Assembly: GCA_963833985.1 (NCBI GenBank)
Contig: CAWIAD010000001.1
Span: 3,040,001-3,104,000 of the forward strand
Source: an uncultured Planctomycetaceae bacterium
GTDB lineage: Bacteria > Planctomycetota > Planctomycetia > Isosphaerales > Isosphaeraceae
Reading direction: 5' to 3'
DNA: 64,000 nt
Numbering within the stretch: position 1 is the stretch's first letter; every line of letters starts with the position of its first letter. The notes under the pieces are model-generated. The model ran no database searches. It was not told the DNA's origin and worked only from the letters and a program-made list of their open reading frames with translations. This document shows positions 20,934-33,100 of this stretch, piece after piece. Both the position numbers and the translations under genes were made by a program.

Positions 20934-23900
20934 ACCTCCTTAGCGGCCAGGCAGACGCGAGTGATCGCCGCTCGTGGCTCTCGTGGCTTCTCTTGCTGTA
21001 TCGCCGCCCTGGATCGTTTTGCGACGCCTGGGATAATCTGGCGGCGAGCCAGCAGTGGCGGCTTGGCATTCAGCTTGCCTTCCTCACGATCCCCTGCTTC
21101 TTCCTGATCAGCGTCGCATTCAACCAGGTCGTTCAGTTCCTCATTCCTCGACTTCATGCGCTGTTCAACGAGAGCGATGCCTTTCGAAACCCTCGCCGAG
21201 CGCGGCTTCTATGGCATTGCCGCTGTGGCCTGCCTCGAACTCCTCGTCTGGCGGCGCCGTGATCCGGTCGAGCTGGAGCATTCTGGAACCGAGCGGCTAC
21301 GCGCCGCCAGGCTCTTGACGATGCGGCGTATCGCCTTACTGGCCGCGGTGTTGCTGTCCCTCGTCTACACCGCGTCCACGTTGAGAACGGCGGACGGGAG
21401 TCCAGAGGTCCAGAATCTCGTCTTCCGGACAGTGATCACCGCGCTGGCGGCCTGCACGATGCCAATGGCTCTGGAACTGTACTTCTGGATCCACCGCAGA
21501 CCGACCGGAACCGAGGAGCCGATGATCGGAGACCGCTCGCGAGCCTCGGCGCGGATCGCGGGGCGTTTGCTTGTCTATTTGCCGGTGGTCTGCATACTGT
21601 ACCTGGTCGTCTTCTCCTACGTCGGACTGCCCATACCCTCCGGCGTGCCTGAAATTCAGACTCGGGCACAGTTTGCAAAGATCGTCGAGGCAGCGCTGGA
21701 AGGTGTGGTCAAAGGCGTGACGGTCGGAGCCGTGGCAGGGATGCTGGTCGGCTACCTGGCCAGCCCCACGCACGGGATCGCCCTGGGCTTCATCGGGGCG
21801 ATGGCCGGCGGACTGGCACTCGGCACAACGTCTCGTAACGCACCGACGTTACTGCTCATGATTGCGCTCTTCATCGCGCTACTCTGGCCACTGTTGACCG
21901 GAGGCATGCGCAAGGAACTCTCCGCCGGACACCTGGCCGCAGCGACCGTCGTTCTGGTGGTTCTCGTGTCGATCTACGCGCAGATCGAGAAGGGAGTCAA
22001 ACATCAGGATTTTCTCCAGACGGAAGGCCTGATCCGTGGAGTCGCCCTGGGGCTGATACTGGGACTGTGCCGTGGAGCGGCCGAGTCCGTATTGCTACGT
22101 AAGCGAATGAAGTACCGGATGGGCCTGCTGGGAGCGATGATCGTCGGCACGATCGTATTCTTTTCCACGCTGTCGGCCGAGCAGAAGGCGGCAGCGCATT
22201 CCTCTTCCGGGCCGATTGCTAGCCAGACAGCCACAGCGGACTCCGCTGCCAGATCGTCCGCCAGCCACACGGCGACAGCAAATCGCTCCGCCAGAGCGTC
22301 GCAGCGCTGGTTACCCCTGCTCGCCGGTCTCGTCCTGGGAGCCTCGTACCTGGTTGGAGTGCTTCGCATCTACTACCACGCGGTCCACCCGCTCTTCGTC
22401 ATGCCGAACCCCACCGGCGCCTGGTACCCGCGCCACCCCGTGGCCTGGGACGACCTGTGCTCGGTTTCGTTTCCCGGCCTTCATCGCCTGCTCGTCGCCT
22501 ATGCGGAACTCGAGCCCGAGGCCGCCTCGACCGAGATCAGCAGGCTCATTGCCGGCTATGACAGCCAGAAAGCGCAGGCCCTGCTGGCACGTGCGGTCCT
22601 GCTCATGCGTCAGTCGGGCCGGGTTCAGAACCTCTCGGAACTTGGGCCGATTTTCGCCGAGCTTGCCCGAGACGATTTCGAGTTCCTGCGCAAGCCGCCG
22701 AAGCTCAATGCCCTGATTGGCGAGATCGTCAGCCTCCACAACCGGCTGCGCACCATCGACCGGCCAACCTTCCGCGAGCCGACGGCGCGCGAGCTCTGTA
22801 CGATGATCGACAGGTTCCGCTACCAGGTGGACAACTTCCAGGAGCCATGGGCGACCGAGTTCCGACTGGCCGCCGAATGCTGGCTGCGCATCGCCCGGAA
22901 ACTGCTCGGCGAGGCCGCGGCCGTCGTGGAGAAAGAGCCGACTCCCCAGGTCTTTGCGCGGGCGACCCCGTCGATCGCGAGACCGAGGCATTCGTCAACC
23001 GCGCAGGGGTCATCGGCGATCTCGAGCGCCTGGTGATGCTGAACACGGGCTGCCCCGGAATCGTCCTTTACGCCCGCCGCAGGATGGGAAAGTCGACCGT
23101 CCTGCGCAACCTCGGCGGATTCCTTCCGCCCTCGGTCCGACCGGTGACCATTTCCATGCAAGATCCTCGGGCATTTTCCTCGTTCCCGTCTTTCATGGGC
23201 CTGGCAGCCAGGCTTCTGAGCGAGGCTGCTCCCGGCGGCAATCATGCGTCCCCTGCTCACGACCTGCCAAGCTTCTTCACGTTCCTGGACAGGTGCAACC
23301 ATACGCTCGAGTCCGAGGGGCGGCGCATCCTCCTAAGTATTGACGAGTACGAGTACATTGATTCCAAGATCGCCGCCAATGTATTCCCCGAGGATTTCTT
23401 GAACCTGGTGAGGGAATCGATCCAGTCCCATCGGTCGCTCACGTGGATCTTCGCCGGCAGTCACGAGATCAACGAGCTCACGAGCGCACCCTGGGCTTCC
23501 TCGCTGGTCAGCGCGCGGACGATCGAGATCCCGATGTTCACGGAGGAAGAAACCCATCTCTTGCTCACCGACCCTTTGAGACACTCGCAGACCTTCGCAC
23601 GCAACGGCGCCGCGCGGCCTCGCCCGTGCTTCAGCGAGGAGTTCTGGGGAAATGGCGGAGTCCACCGCGTCCACAGGGAGGCAGGTGGCTGGCCGCACCT
23701 GGTCCAGCTCATCGCCGAGACGGTCGTCGACATGCTCAACGACGAGAATGGCAGCCGGGTCGACGATCGGCTCATCGACCGTGCGCTGGACCGTGCCGTC
23801 GTGAACGGACACAACGTCTTCTACGAGCTACTCTATAGCGAGTCGCAGAAGAACCCAGGCGAATGGGATTACGTCTCCGCCTTCCGCCGTGCCGAAACTC

Positions 23901-24025
23901 AGACTCCTCCCGCCGACGACCTCATCTGGCGGTCGCTACGGCGACGCAAGCTGGTCGTCGAGGAGGGCGGCCTGTGGCGGCTGCGGGTCCCGATGATGCA
24001 GCGCTGGCTTTGCACCCGCGGCTGA
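20930..24025 (+). CDS. Multi-pass membrane protein fused to STAND-class ATPase (two apparent frameshifts, ~21185 and ~22955)
   Basis: ATGA overlap with the TIR stop. ORFs 20930..21262, 21156..23036 and 22847..24025 join with single-base corrections into ~1030 aa: many TM helices, a helical region, then AGDPV..FVNR, Walker A ARRRMGKST, Walker B LLSIDEYE, GGWP helical motif and a WH-like end. Confidence 0.75.
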
Positions 24026-24208
24026 CACCCTTCAAATACCCGGTGTTCCGCGTCCGCGAATGCGCACCCGATTTCGCGACTCTTCCCGACCAGGCCGATC
24101 TTCTGCTTGATCGAGGTGCCTGAAGCAGGATATAAGACGGATCAGCCCCGGAGGGTCAGCGCGGCATTCCGAACCGCAACCGGCGCCACTGGTCAACGGA
24201 GTGACACC

Positions 24209-25204
24209 ATGCCCCGCCACAAGAAACGCAGGCCCGCGCTCGATTACCTCGTCTATTCCGTCGTTCGCCTGGTGGTGGCGTTCGCGCAAACGCTCACCAT
24301 CGGCCAGTCCTACGCGTTGGCCCATGCCCTGGCCTGGCTGATGTACCAGGTGGACAGACGCCACCGATCCGTCGGCATCGAGAACCTTCGCCTGGCCTAC
24401 GGGCCCTGTCTGGACAATGCCCAGCAAGACCACATCGTCCGTTCGGTCTACCTCCACTTCTGCATGATGATCATGGAGCTGTTGCACATCCCGCGCAAGG
24501 TGCACCTGGCCAACTGGAGACAGTACGCCACGCTGGTCGGGCACAAGCCGGTGCTCGACCGGTTCATGACCGGCGGACCGGTGATCCTGCTTACCGGCCA
24601 TTACGGCAACTGGGAGCTGGCCGGCTACCTCTTCGGCCTTTTCGGCTACCCCACGTATTCCGTGGCCCGCACGCTCGACAACCCCTATCTCGACCGCTAC
24701 CTGCGCGACTTCCGGGAGCGTACGGGCCAGAAGTTGATCCCCAAGTCGGGCGGCTACGACCAGATCCTCGAGGTGCTCCAGTCGGGCCGTGCTCTTTCCA
24801 TGCTGGCCGACCAGGACGCCGGCCAGCGCGGGATGTTCGTCGATTTCTTCGGCCGTCCGGCCTCGACGCACAAGGCGATCGCGCTCTTGTCCATCGAGCA
24901 CCAGGCGCCGGTGGTCGTGGGGGTGGCCCGGCGCGTCGGACCTGGGTTCCGCTACGAGATCCGCTGCGCCCAGATCATCCAGCCCGGGGAGTTCAGCGGA
25001 ACCGCCGACGACGCCCGCCTGCTGACTCAACGCTACACCTCGGCGCTCGAGGAGCTGATCCGGCAGGACCCCACGCAATACCTCTGGCTGCATCGGCGAT
25101 GGAAGCACCAGCCACAGCCGCGCAAGGCGAGAACGGCCGGCGCTCACGAATCGCTCACGGCGACTTCTCAAACATCTGCTGGACCGGCACAATCTTCACC
25201 GTGA
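24209..25204 (+). CDS. Lipid A biosynthesis / lysophospholipid acyltransferase (LpxL/HtrB-like)
   Basis: GHYGNWE, LADQDAG, FVDFFG, PTQYLWLHRRWK. Confidence 0.9.
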   Translation: MPRHKKRRPALDYLVYSVVRLVVAFAQTLTIGQSYALAHALAWLMYQVDRRHRSVGIENLRLAYGPCLDNAQQDHIVRSVYLHFCMMIMELLHIPRKVHLANWRQYATLVGHKPVLDRFMTGGPVILLTGHYGNWELAGYLFGLFGYPTYSVARTLDNPYLDRYLRDFRERTGQKLIPKSGGYDQILEVLQSGRALSMLADQDAGQRGMFVDFFGRPASTHKAIALLSIEHQAPVVVGVARRVGPGFRYEIRCAQIIQPGEFSGTADDARLLTQRYTSALEELIRQDPTQYLWLHRRWKHQPQPRKARTAGAHESLTATSQTSAGPAQSSP

Positions 25205-26678
25205 CTCCCTTGAGCGGAAACGCGGCGATCTGCCCGTCCTCGGCCAGGATACTCTCCGGCGTTCCCTGCGTGTCGTAGGTGATCGGCGACGGCGTGCCTT
25301 TGGTCAGGGTCACGCGCAGTTCCTCGGCGTTCTGCGCCACGATGGCGACCTTCATGCCGCCTGGCTTCAAATGCTTACGGACGGCCGCGTTGACTTGCTC
25401 CACGGTGAGCTTTGGCAACTGGCTCGCCAGCTCGGTGACCAGGTCGTTGCGGCCGTAGAACCGGCCATCGATCGCATAGCCCAGCCGGCGCGACAGGGTC
25501 TGAACCCAGAGCTTGCTGTAATTGAGCAGGAAAGCGCGCGTGGCCTCGAAATCGGCCGGGCTCATGCCGTCGTTCACCAGCCGGTCCAGCTCCCAGAGTG
25601 CCGCACGAAGAGCGAAGGCCGCCTTGTCTTTTGGAACGGGCCGCACCCAGATGGAGAAGTACTGCTGTCTTCTCGGGTTATTCGCAACCTCGAACGTGCT
25701 TCGACCTTCCTGGATGAAGTCCTCGATGTACGAGTAATCGCCGTAATTCAGCCCGCGCTTGCCGCGCAGGTCCTGCATCAGCTTGCCATTGAACGTGCGG
25801 TGTTCGCCCAGGTACGAGTTCGCAACGGCCAGCGCGTAGAAGTCGTCGTCGTGACGGGTGACGTCGATCGGGAAGCCGATCGAGATGGCGGTGGCCTCGG
25901 CCGGCTTGGCCACGATCGTCACTTCCAGTCCCGCGGGCGGGGCCGGGCGGCCGAGTACCGGCAAGGTCCGCTCGTGGCGGGGCAGCGCCGCGAGCTTTGC
26001 CTCCACCAGCGCGGCATCGTCCGATTCAAAGCCGCCCGCCATGCCCAGCGTGAGCGCCTTGCGCGTGTAGAACCGCTGGTGAAACGCCTTCACATCCTCC
26101 AGCGTGATCGCCTTCAACCCCTGCACGGTGCCAAGGTCGGGATGGCCGTAAGGATGGCCCTGGTACAGCTCGCACTGGAGCGTCCACTTGCCAAGCTCTT
26201 CATCGTTATTGCCGCGCAGGCCCTTGCTGACGTAGTCGATCGCCTCGTTGCGCAGCCGCTCGAAGTCGTCGGGAGCGAAGCGGGGGGCCGTCAGCAGCTC
26301 GGTGACCAGGGGAATATAGGCCCCGAGGTTGTCGTGATGGATGGTCCCCTCGAAGACCGTGACTTCCTTATGGCAGACGCCGTCCAGGCTTGCGGCCATG
26401 GGGTAGAACTTCTCCAGGAGTTGTTCGTACGAGAAGCTTGTCGTGCCTCCCTGCGCGATCATCGCCATGGCAAGCGCGGCCAGGCCCTCCTTGCCTTTGG
26501 GGTCATCCTGCGAGCCGACGCGGAACACGAATCGAAACGAAACCAGCGGGCTCGACGGCGAGGGAAGCAGGATCGCGCCGCGATTCCCACCCTCGGCCAG
26601 CGGCGCCGCCGCCAATCCGGCGGCCGGCATCGTCAGAAGCAGCGCGAGTGCCAGCAACAGATGGGGCTTTCCGCTCAT
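25155..26678 (-). CDS. M16 family peptidase, non-catalytic subunit
   Basis: Signal peptide; GSQDDPKGKEGLA with no HXXEH; LRGKRGLNYG motif; start overlaps the partner gene's stop. Confidence 0.88.
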   Translation of the reverse strand: MSGKPHLLLALALLLTMPAAGLAAAPLAEGGNRGAILLPSPSSPLVSFRFVFRVGSQDDPKGKEGLAALAMAMIAQGGTTSFSYEQLLEKFYPMAASLDGVCHKEVTVFEGTIHHDNLGAYIPLVTELLTAPRFAPDDFERLRNEAIDYVSKGLRGNNDEELGKWTLQCELYQGHPYGHPDLGTVQGLKAITLEDVKAFHQRFYTRKALTLGMAGGFESDDAALVEAKLAALPRHERTLPVLGRPAPPAGLEVTIVAKPAEATAISIGFPIDVTRHDDDFYALAVANSYLGEHRTFNGKLMQDLRGKRGLNYGDYSYIEDFIQEGRSTFEVANNPRRQQYFSIWVRPVPKDKAAFALRAALWELDRLVNDGMSPADFEATRAFLLNYSKLWVQTLSRRLGYAIDGRFYGRNDLVTELASQLPKLTVEQVNAAVRKHLKPGGMKVAIVAQNAEELRVTLTKGTPSPITYDTQGTPESILAEDGQIAAFPLKGVTVKIVPVQQMFEKSP

Positions 26679-28035
26679 TTCTGCTTCTCCGTCTCGAGGG
26701 TGACCACTGTTTCGTTGGCCAGGGTGAAGTACCTGGCGGCCACACGCTGGAGGTCAGCGGGCGTGAGCCGGTCGAAGGCTGTGAAGAGATCGTTCATGGC
26801 GTCGGGACGGCCTGTGATGGCGATCGATTCGCCCACGGCACGCGCGACTGCATCGGCGCTGCGGAGCGAAGCGGCAAAATCATATTTCAGGTGCGATCGG
26901 ACCGCGTTCAGCCGCGCGGCGTCGATCGGAGTTCGGGCCGCGTCCGCCAGAGCCGCGGAGATCTTCTCCCGCACGGCCGCTAGATCGGCCGGCGTCCGCA
27001 CCCGCGCAGGATCGTGAAGAGGCCCGGATCGCGGTGCTCGGAGGGGTCGGCCATGAGCGTCACGACCTTTTGCTCCTTGAGCACCAAGTCCTGGTACAGC
27101 GGGCTGGTCTCACCGAAAAGCACCTGCTGCAACGCCCCCAGCGCAGCGGTGTCCGGATGGGTCGGATCCGAGGCGGGAACGTGATAACCCAGGTAGAGGA
27201 TCGGCAACGTCGGCACGGGCCAGGTGACCCGTGCGCTGCGGGGCTGGGTCTGCGGGGGCTCCGTGGGAACTTCCACGCTGGCCTTGCCCCGCGCCCACGC
27301 CCCGTAATGGGTCTTGACCAGCGACACGAGCTCGGCATGCTTGATGTCGCCGGTCACCACGATGGTGCAGTTCTCGGGACGGTACCAGCGATCGAAGAAG
27401 ATCTTGCTGTACGCATACTGATTCGGCATCTCCTTGATGTCTTCCAGGAACCCGAGCGTCGTATGCTTGTACGTGTGCCGCGTGAAGGCCGTGTCCTGCA
27501 TGGCCTCTTCGAGCTTGAGAAAGGGCGACGAGGCGTTCTTGTTGTACTCTCCTAAGACCGCGCGGGCTTCTTTCTGGAACGATGGCTCATCGTACTTCAG
27601 GTTCTGGAACCGATCTGACTCGAGCTCCACGGCCGTCTCCAGCGCCGAGGCGGGAACCGTCATGTGATAGCACGTCCAATCATCGGTGGTGAAGGCGTTT
27701 GAATCCGCACCCAGCGACTTCAGGACGTCGTTGTATTTCTGTTGCGGATACCGCTCTGTACCGCGGAACATCATGTGCTCGAAGAAGTGGGCGAAGCCGG
27801 AGAGCCCCTTCTCCACCTCGTTGCGCGAGCCGGTGCGGACCACCGTGTAGTAGGCGATGATCCCCGGCGAGTCGAACGGGATCGAGACCACTGTCAGCCC
27901 GTTCTCAAGAGTCGTCTGCCGGATCGGAAACGGGAAGATCGGCTTGTCGCTGGCCTGCCCTGGTCCGGCCCCGGCAACCAGCCCCGCCAGAGCCAGCACG
28001 ATCAAAGGCGCGAATTTTATACTTTGATATCTCAA
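26675..28035 (-). CDS. M16 family zinc peptidase, catalytic subunit (apparent frameshift ~27000)
   Basis: RBS AAGGAG + TTG at 28035; GSRNE..GFAHFFEHMMFRGT (HXXEH), NAFT; C-terminus continues in ORF 26675..27001. Confidence 0.87.
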
Positions 28036-28076
28036 CAGAAAGAACTCCTTGATGAATTGCGGCTCGCGGCCGGACA

Positions 28077-29141
28077 TCAGCGCGACGTGAACTCTCGCTT
28101 CGCGCCGTCGGGCCCGATCTGCACGCTGAACTTTGCACCGCCTGGTGCAACCGCGACGTGAATGAACTGGCCGCCGGCGACATCGGTGTTGGCGATCAGA
28201 GCCGGCTCGGTGTTGTCCTCCGAGGACGTCATGGCATTGCGATGAAGCTGGTAGGCCGCCTGGATCGAGGCGATGGACCGCAACAGCTTCACGGTCGCCG
28301 GCGATCCTCCCTTGCGCGGGCCGTTGTTCATGATGGCCACGGTCGGCTGGATGCTCCTCAGGAGGACCGGGTTGTTCGAGATATCCATGCCATGATGCGT
28401 GACCTGAAAGAGGTCGATGTTCCCCAGCAGGTTCGAAGGGCACACAAGCTGGCGCTCGATGTTCCAGGTCAGGTCGCCACAGTCCAGGAAATCGAACGCG
28501 CCGAACTCGAACCGGATTGCCAGGCTGCGAGCGTTATCGGAGGAATCGACGGGCAAGTCGGGCGGTGCGCTCGAACATTCGGGATTCGCCAGCGCCGTTG
28601 CAGGCTGACGCATCACCTTGCCGCCCGAGGCCACCACCAGGGCCTTCAGATTGCCCGGTAGAGGGATCGAATCGCCGGCCTTGAGGGCCGTCCGCTTGCC
28701 ATGGGAAGCGGCGCGGTAAGCGACTCCGAGCGGGTCGTCTGCCCTGGGACCATCCGGAAAATCGAGGTCCGGATTGGCGTCCTCAGGCAACCCTCGATCC
28801 CAGAAGTGCCTGATCTCGATGGCCTTCGCCAGTCCGGCCACGCCGCCGAAGTGGTCCATGTGCCAGTGCGTCGTGACAAGGTGGTCCAGGTGGTCGCACC
28901 CGGCCAGGTCGCGCAGGACGTGCACGATCCGGCGCGGATCGCGGTCCTCAAAACCGGGCCAACCGGAATCGATCAGCACAGATTCCTTCTCGGGAGACAC
29001 CACCAGGGTGGCCGCTCCCCCCATCACGTCGATGAAGTAAAGATCGAGCGACCGCGAGGCCGGCTCTTCCCCGTATGCCGGTCCCATCCCGAGGAGACAT
29101 CCGGCGAGAAGTGCGAAACCGGCGCGCTTGCTAAGATTCAT
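28077..29141 (-). CDS. Secreted MBL-fold metallo-hydrolase (ComEC/Rec2-like)
   Basis: YFIDVMGGAATL, LIDSG, THWHMDHFGG, GDL, HHG. Confidence 0.9.
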   Translation of the reverse strand: MNLSKRAGFALLAGCLLGMGPAYGEEPASRSLDLYFIDVMGGAATLVVSPEKESVLIDSGWPGFEDRDPRRIVHVLRDLAGCDHLDHLVTTHWHMDHFGGVAGLAKAIEIRHFWDRGLPEDANPDLDFPDGPRADDPLGVAYRAASHGKRTALKAGDSIPLPGNLKALVVASGGKVMRQPATALANPECSSAPPDLPVDSSDNARSLAIRFEFGAFDFLDCGDLTWNIERQLVCPSNLLGNIDLFQVTHHGMDISNNPVLLRSIQPTVAIMNNGPRKGGSPATVKLLRSIASIQAAYQLHRNAMTSSEDNTEPALIANTDVAGGQFIHVAVAPGGAKFSVQIGPDGAKREFTSR

Positions 29142-29377
29142 TGATGTTTGCTCCCTGTCGTCCGTTCTGGAGTCGTGGCGGCACTGCATTCAGAATACGG
29201 CCGGACGCGTGCGCAGCAATGATCCGCTGGTTCGGACGACATCCAGGAGGGATGCTTCATCAAGACGTCAACGTTGAAAAAAAGAAACATGCGTTGGTCA
29301 AAGCGGCGGTATCGTTCGCTCCGTCGCTGCTTCCCGCCTTTCGTTGAAGATCGCCTAAGTTTTTTCAAGATGATTCT

Positions 29378-29397
29378 TTAGAGAAAGCTTAGAGAAA
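29378..29397. promoter_or_regulatory. Direct repeat TTAGAGAAA x2 at 11-bp period in an AT-rich divergent promoter region
   Basis: TTAGAGAAA at 29378-29386 and 29389-29397. Confidence 0.4.
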
Positions 29398-29661
29398 TCT
29401 TATGGTCCCGGAAGTTCTCGTTCGTCGCTGAGATTTTTTAAGGTTGATGTTGCAGGCGGGCCTTCAGGCGGCTAGGGATACTCCTTCAGATCTGCAAGGA
29501 GGTGTCGTGGCTTGCGATCGATTGCGGTTCCTCTCGTAGCGAGGGACCAGTCGTCGAGGTATGGAAATCGGCGGGCGAAGTCGCCTGATCCCAAGTTCCG
29601 ATCGCGACGAACTTCGGTGCTGAACAGGTCGCGCTTATCGCACGCACGGAGTGTGCCACGC

Positions 29662-30147
29662 ATGATCGACGTGACGATCCTGGCGGTGACAGAAGATTCT
29701 TACTGGCTGGACTTCTTCTGGGCCGAGTTGAGTTCGGTGCAGGGAACCCGGCTTGTCGTGACGGGCTCGGTGGAGGAGGCATGCAACCTGCTCGATTGTG
29801 CAGGGGCGAGCCTGATTGTGGTTGACTGGCAAGATGCCATGACCTCCACCGGTCAGATGGATCGCTTGCTGTGGACGAACTCGATACTGCCCCGGCCGGC
29901 GGCGGTCCTTGTGATCGACGAAGCGTATCGGGCCGATCGAGCGATGTCCTTGTTCCAGATGGGCGTGGACGAGTACGTCGGTTTCGCCGAGCACGCGGGG
30001 CAGTTGCAGGAAGTCCTTGGCACCTGGCTGGGACGCAGGCCCATGCCGGCGCTTCATGGCGGGGCAGCGAGCGGGGCGGCCGCCAGGCCGGTGCAGGAAC
30101 CGGCGTCCCTGTCCGAGCGCTGGGCGGCCACGGCGAACTCGGCCTGA
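29662..30147 (+). CDS. Stand-alone receiver-like (CheY-fold) protein, atypical
   Basis: ILAVTED..SVEEA..LIVVDW..VLVID..LFQMGVDEYV; the conserved KP is replaced. Confidence 0.65.
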   Translation: MIDVTILAVTEDSYWLDFFWAELSSVQGTRLVVTGSVEEACNLLDCAGASLIVVDWQDAMTSTGQMDRLLWTNSILPRPAAVLVIDEAYRADRAMSLFQMGVDEYVGFAEHAGQLQEVLGTWLGRRPMPALHGGAASGAAARPVQEPASLSERWAATANSA

Positions 30148-30189
30148 AACCCAACCCGCTGCCGGATCTTGTGCCCGGGCGCCTCGAGG

Positions 30190-33100
30190 CGCGGCTGGAG
30201 ACGGTGATGCCGCGGCGTGCGCGGGCATCCGCGCCGGGGTGGTCGCGGGCCGGTCCAGGCCCAGAGGGGCCGTTCCGGATCGGACTTCCTCCAGCCTGCG
30301 CAGATACTTCGCATAAAGCTGGGTGTGGCGGCTCTCGGGCGTCAGGTGCTTGCCATCGATGAAGAGGGCGAGCACCGAGGTTGTCGGCTGAAGCAGATGG
30401 CCGGCGGTGACCACCAGGTTGGCTCGCTTGCCGGTTTCCAGCGAACCCAGCCGGTCGCCCACTCCCAGAATCTGTGCCGGGGTCAGGGTCACCGCTCGCA
30501 GTGCCACGTCTTCCGGAAGGCCGAAGGCGACTGCGGTCGCGGCCTCGTAGGGAAGGTTCCGCGCGTTCGTCGCGTTCGCGGCCCCTCCCCGCCTGGAGCC
30601 GATCGCGAACGTGACGCCCGCGGCGTGCAGCCTTGCGGGGTTCGCATACGCGGAATCGTACGGGTCGTGGTCGTGCGCGGGCACGTTCAGCGTTCCGGCC
30701 ACGATCACCGGTACTCCGGCCTCCTTCAGCTCTGCGGCGACCTTCCACGCCTCTTCCGCTCCCGAGATCACCGCTTTCAGCTTCAGTTCCCTGGCGATGG
30801 CCAGGGCATCGAGGATCTCGGTGCGGTGATTGGCCATGAAGATCACCGGCTTCTGGCCCCGTGCATAGGGGACCAGCGCGGCCAGGCGGGGGTCGAAGGG
30901 AGGTGGCACCGCGCCTCGCGACCGCGCCTGGTCGACGATCTCGCCGTACTTCAGCCCCCTGCGGAAATGCTCGCGGATCGATTCAAGCTGCTCCTTCCGC
31001 CGCGCCTGCGGGTCAGCCCCTGCGCCAGCGGGTCCCTGGCCCGGGATGCGCCGGCGCGCCTCGGGAGACCTCGGGACGAATGCGGGGATGGTGACATCCA
31101 GCGCGGCACAGTCCGCCACGACAAGTTCACGTGGCACCCAGCCGCGCAGATTGACCACGCAGCCTTGCCCGGCAATGAATCCGCCCGTGGGCTGCACGTA
31201 CGCAGCCAGCACGCCGTTGGCGCGGGTCACGGGGATATGCTCCGAGTCCGGCTTGAGCGCCGTGCTGGCGCGGAGCTCGGGCTCGAAACGGCTGGCGTCG
31301 GCGAAGTCCTGGGTCACCGGCAGGCTATCGATCTCCGAGAGCCCGACCGTGGTGCCGGCGTCCACCAGACCGGGCCAGAGGTCCAGACCGGCCAGTTCGA
31401 TGGTCTGCGCCTCGGGCGGTACGCGTGTGCCCGCCGGGCCGATGGCGGCGATCTTGCCGTCGGCCACGACCAGCGTGCCGTGCGGGATCGCCGGGCCGGA
31501 CACCGGATGCAGTGTCGCGCCCACAAGGGCGAAGGTGCGCTTCGGCTGCGTGGCGAGCTCGATCACCCGGTTCCGTGCCGATTCGCTCGCCTGGGGCATG
31601 GCATGATGGTCGCCCGGCCGCGCGGCCAGCTTGCCGCCCGGCTCCACGCGCTGGAAGTAAACCTCACCGTCGATCAGGGCCAGCTCGCACCGCGAGAAGG
31701 CGTCGAAGGGGTGGGCGTTGAACAGAGCGATGTCGCCGTCCTTGCCCACCTCGATCGAGCCGAGACGGCGCTCCAGCCCGAGCTCGCGCACGGGTTGAGC
31801 GTGATCATCGCCAGGGCCTGAACCTCGCTGACGCCGCCGTACTTCACCATCTTCGCCGCTTCCAGGTTGAGATGGCGGTTCAACTCCTCGCTGTCGCTCT
31901 TGATGCAAACGTTCGCGCCGGCTTTGGTCAGCAGCGCGGCATTGAACGGAATCGCGTCATAGGCCTCGACCTTGTACGCCCACCAGTCCGAGAACGTGGA
32001 TGCGCTGGCGCCGTGGTCGCTGATCTCGGCCGCCACCTTGTACCCTTCAAGCACGTGCTGGAGCGACTGCACGCGAATGCCGAAACGCTCGGCGGTACGC
32101 AGCAGCATGAGGATCTCGTCGCTGCGGTAGCAGTGGCTATGAATCTTGATCGAGCCCTCGACAATCTTGCCCAGCGCTTCCAGCCTGAGGTCCCTGCGCG
32201 GGGGCGGACCGGCCTTGTCGCCGGCTTTGTTCACGGCATCGTCGTACCGCTTCCATTCGGCCAGGTAAGCCTTGCCTTCCTCGAACGCGCGCTCGATGAC
32301 CGACTCCACGCCCATCCGGGAGTTGGGGAACCGCCCCGGCACACGCGTGACGTTCTCTCCGAGGGCAAACTTCACCCCTTGTGGCGCGTCGCGGAGGATC
32401 AGCTCCCGGCCCGGCTTGCCGTAGCGCAGCTTGATCACCGCATCCTGGCCGCCAATGGTATTCGCCGAGCCGTGCAGCAGACGGGCCGCGGTCGTTCCTC
32501 CGGCCAGTGCCCGATAGATCGACACATCATCGCCGGTGACCACATCTTTGACCCTGACCTCGGGGACGATGGACAGCGTTGCCTCGTTGACGCCGCCCTG
32601 GATGGCGATATGCGAATGGGTATCGATGATCCCGGGCATGGCGACAAGTCCCTGCGCCTCGATCACCGTCACGCCCGGCCCGGCCTTCACGTCCTTGCCC
32701 ACGGCCGCGATCTTGCCGTGCTCGATGAAGATGGAGCCGCGGTCGATCGTTCCCTGCGTGACGGTCAGGATCGTTGCGTCCTTGATCAGCACGCTGCCGC
32801 CGGTCTTCAGCCTGGGCGTGCGGTCCGCGTCGAACTCGGTGGCCACGTCGATCAGGGGCCTGGGCGCCGTTTTCTCCGCCGGTTTGTCGGACGGTTTCTC
32901 CGCCGGTGCGTCGGACGGCCTGGCTGCGGGAGCCGGCTTCGAGGGGCCCGCGGGTTCGCTCTGCTTCTGGGCGGCCGCGTCTGCCCTGGTCTTCTCATCC
33001 GGCTTCGAGCCGGGCTTCGACGCGTCAGCCTGAGCGGGATTCACAGCTTCCTTCTTCGCCTCAGTCTGCGACGCATCAGCCTGCGGAGGCTTCACGCTTT

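Noticed and set aside
29635..30190. Amidohydrolase C-terminal extension overlapping the convergent receiver gene by ~500 bp
   Set aside because: The extension has no domain-like character; more likely a lost stop or indel.
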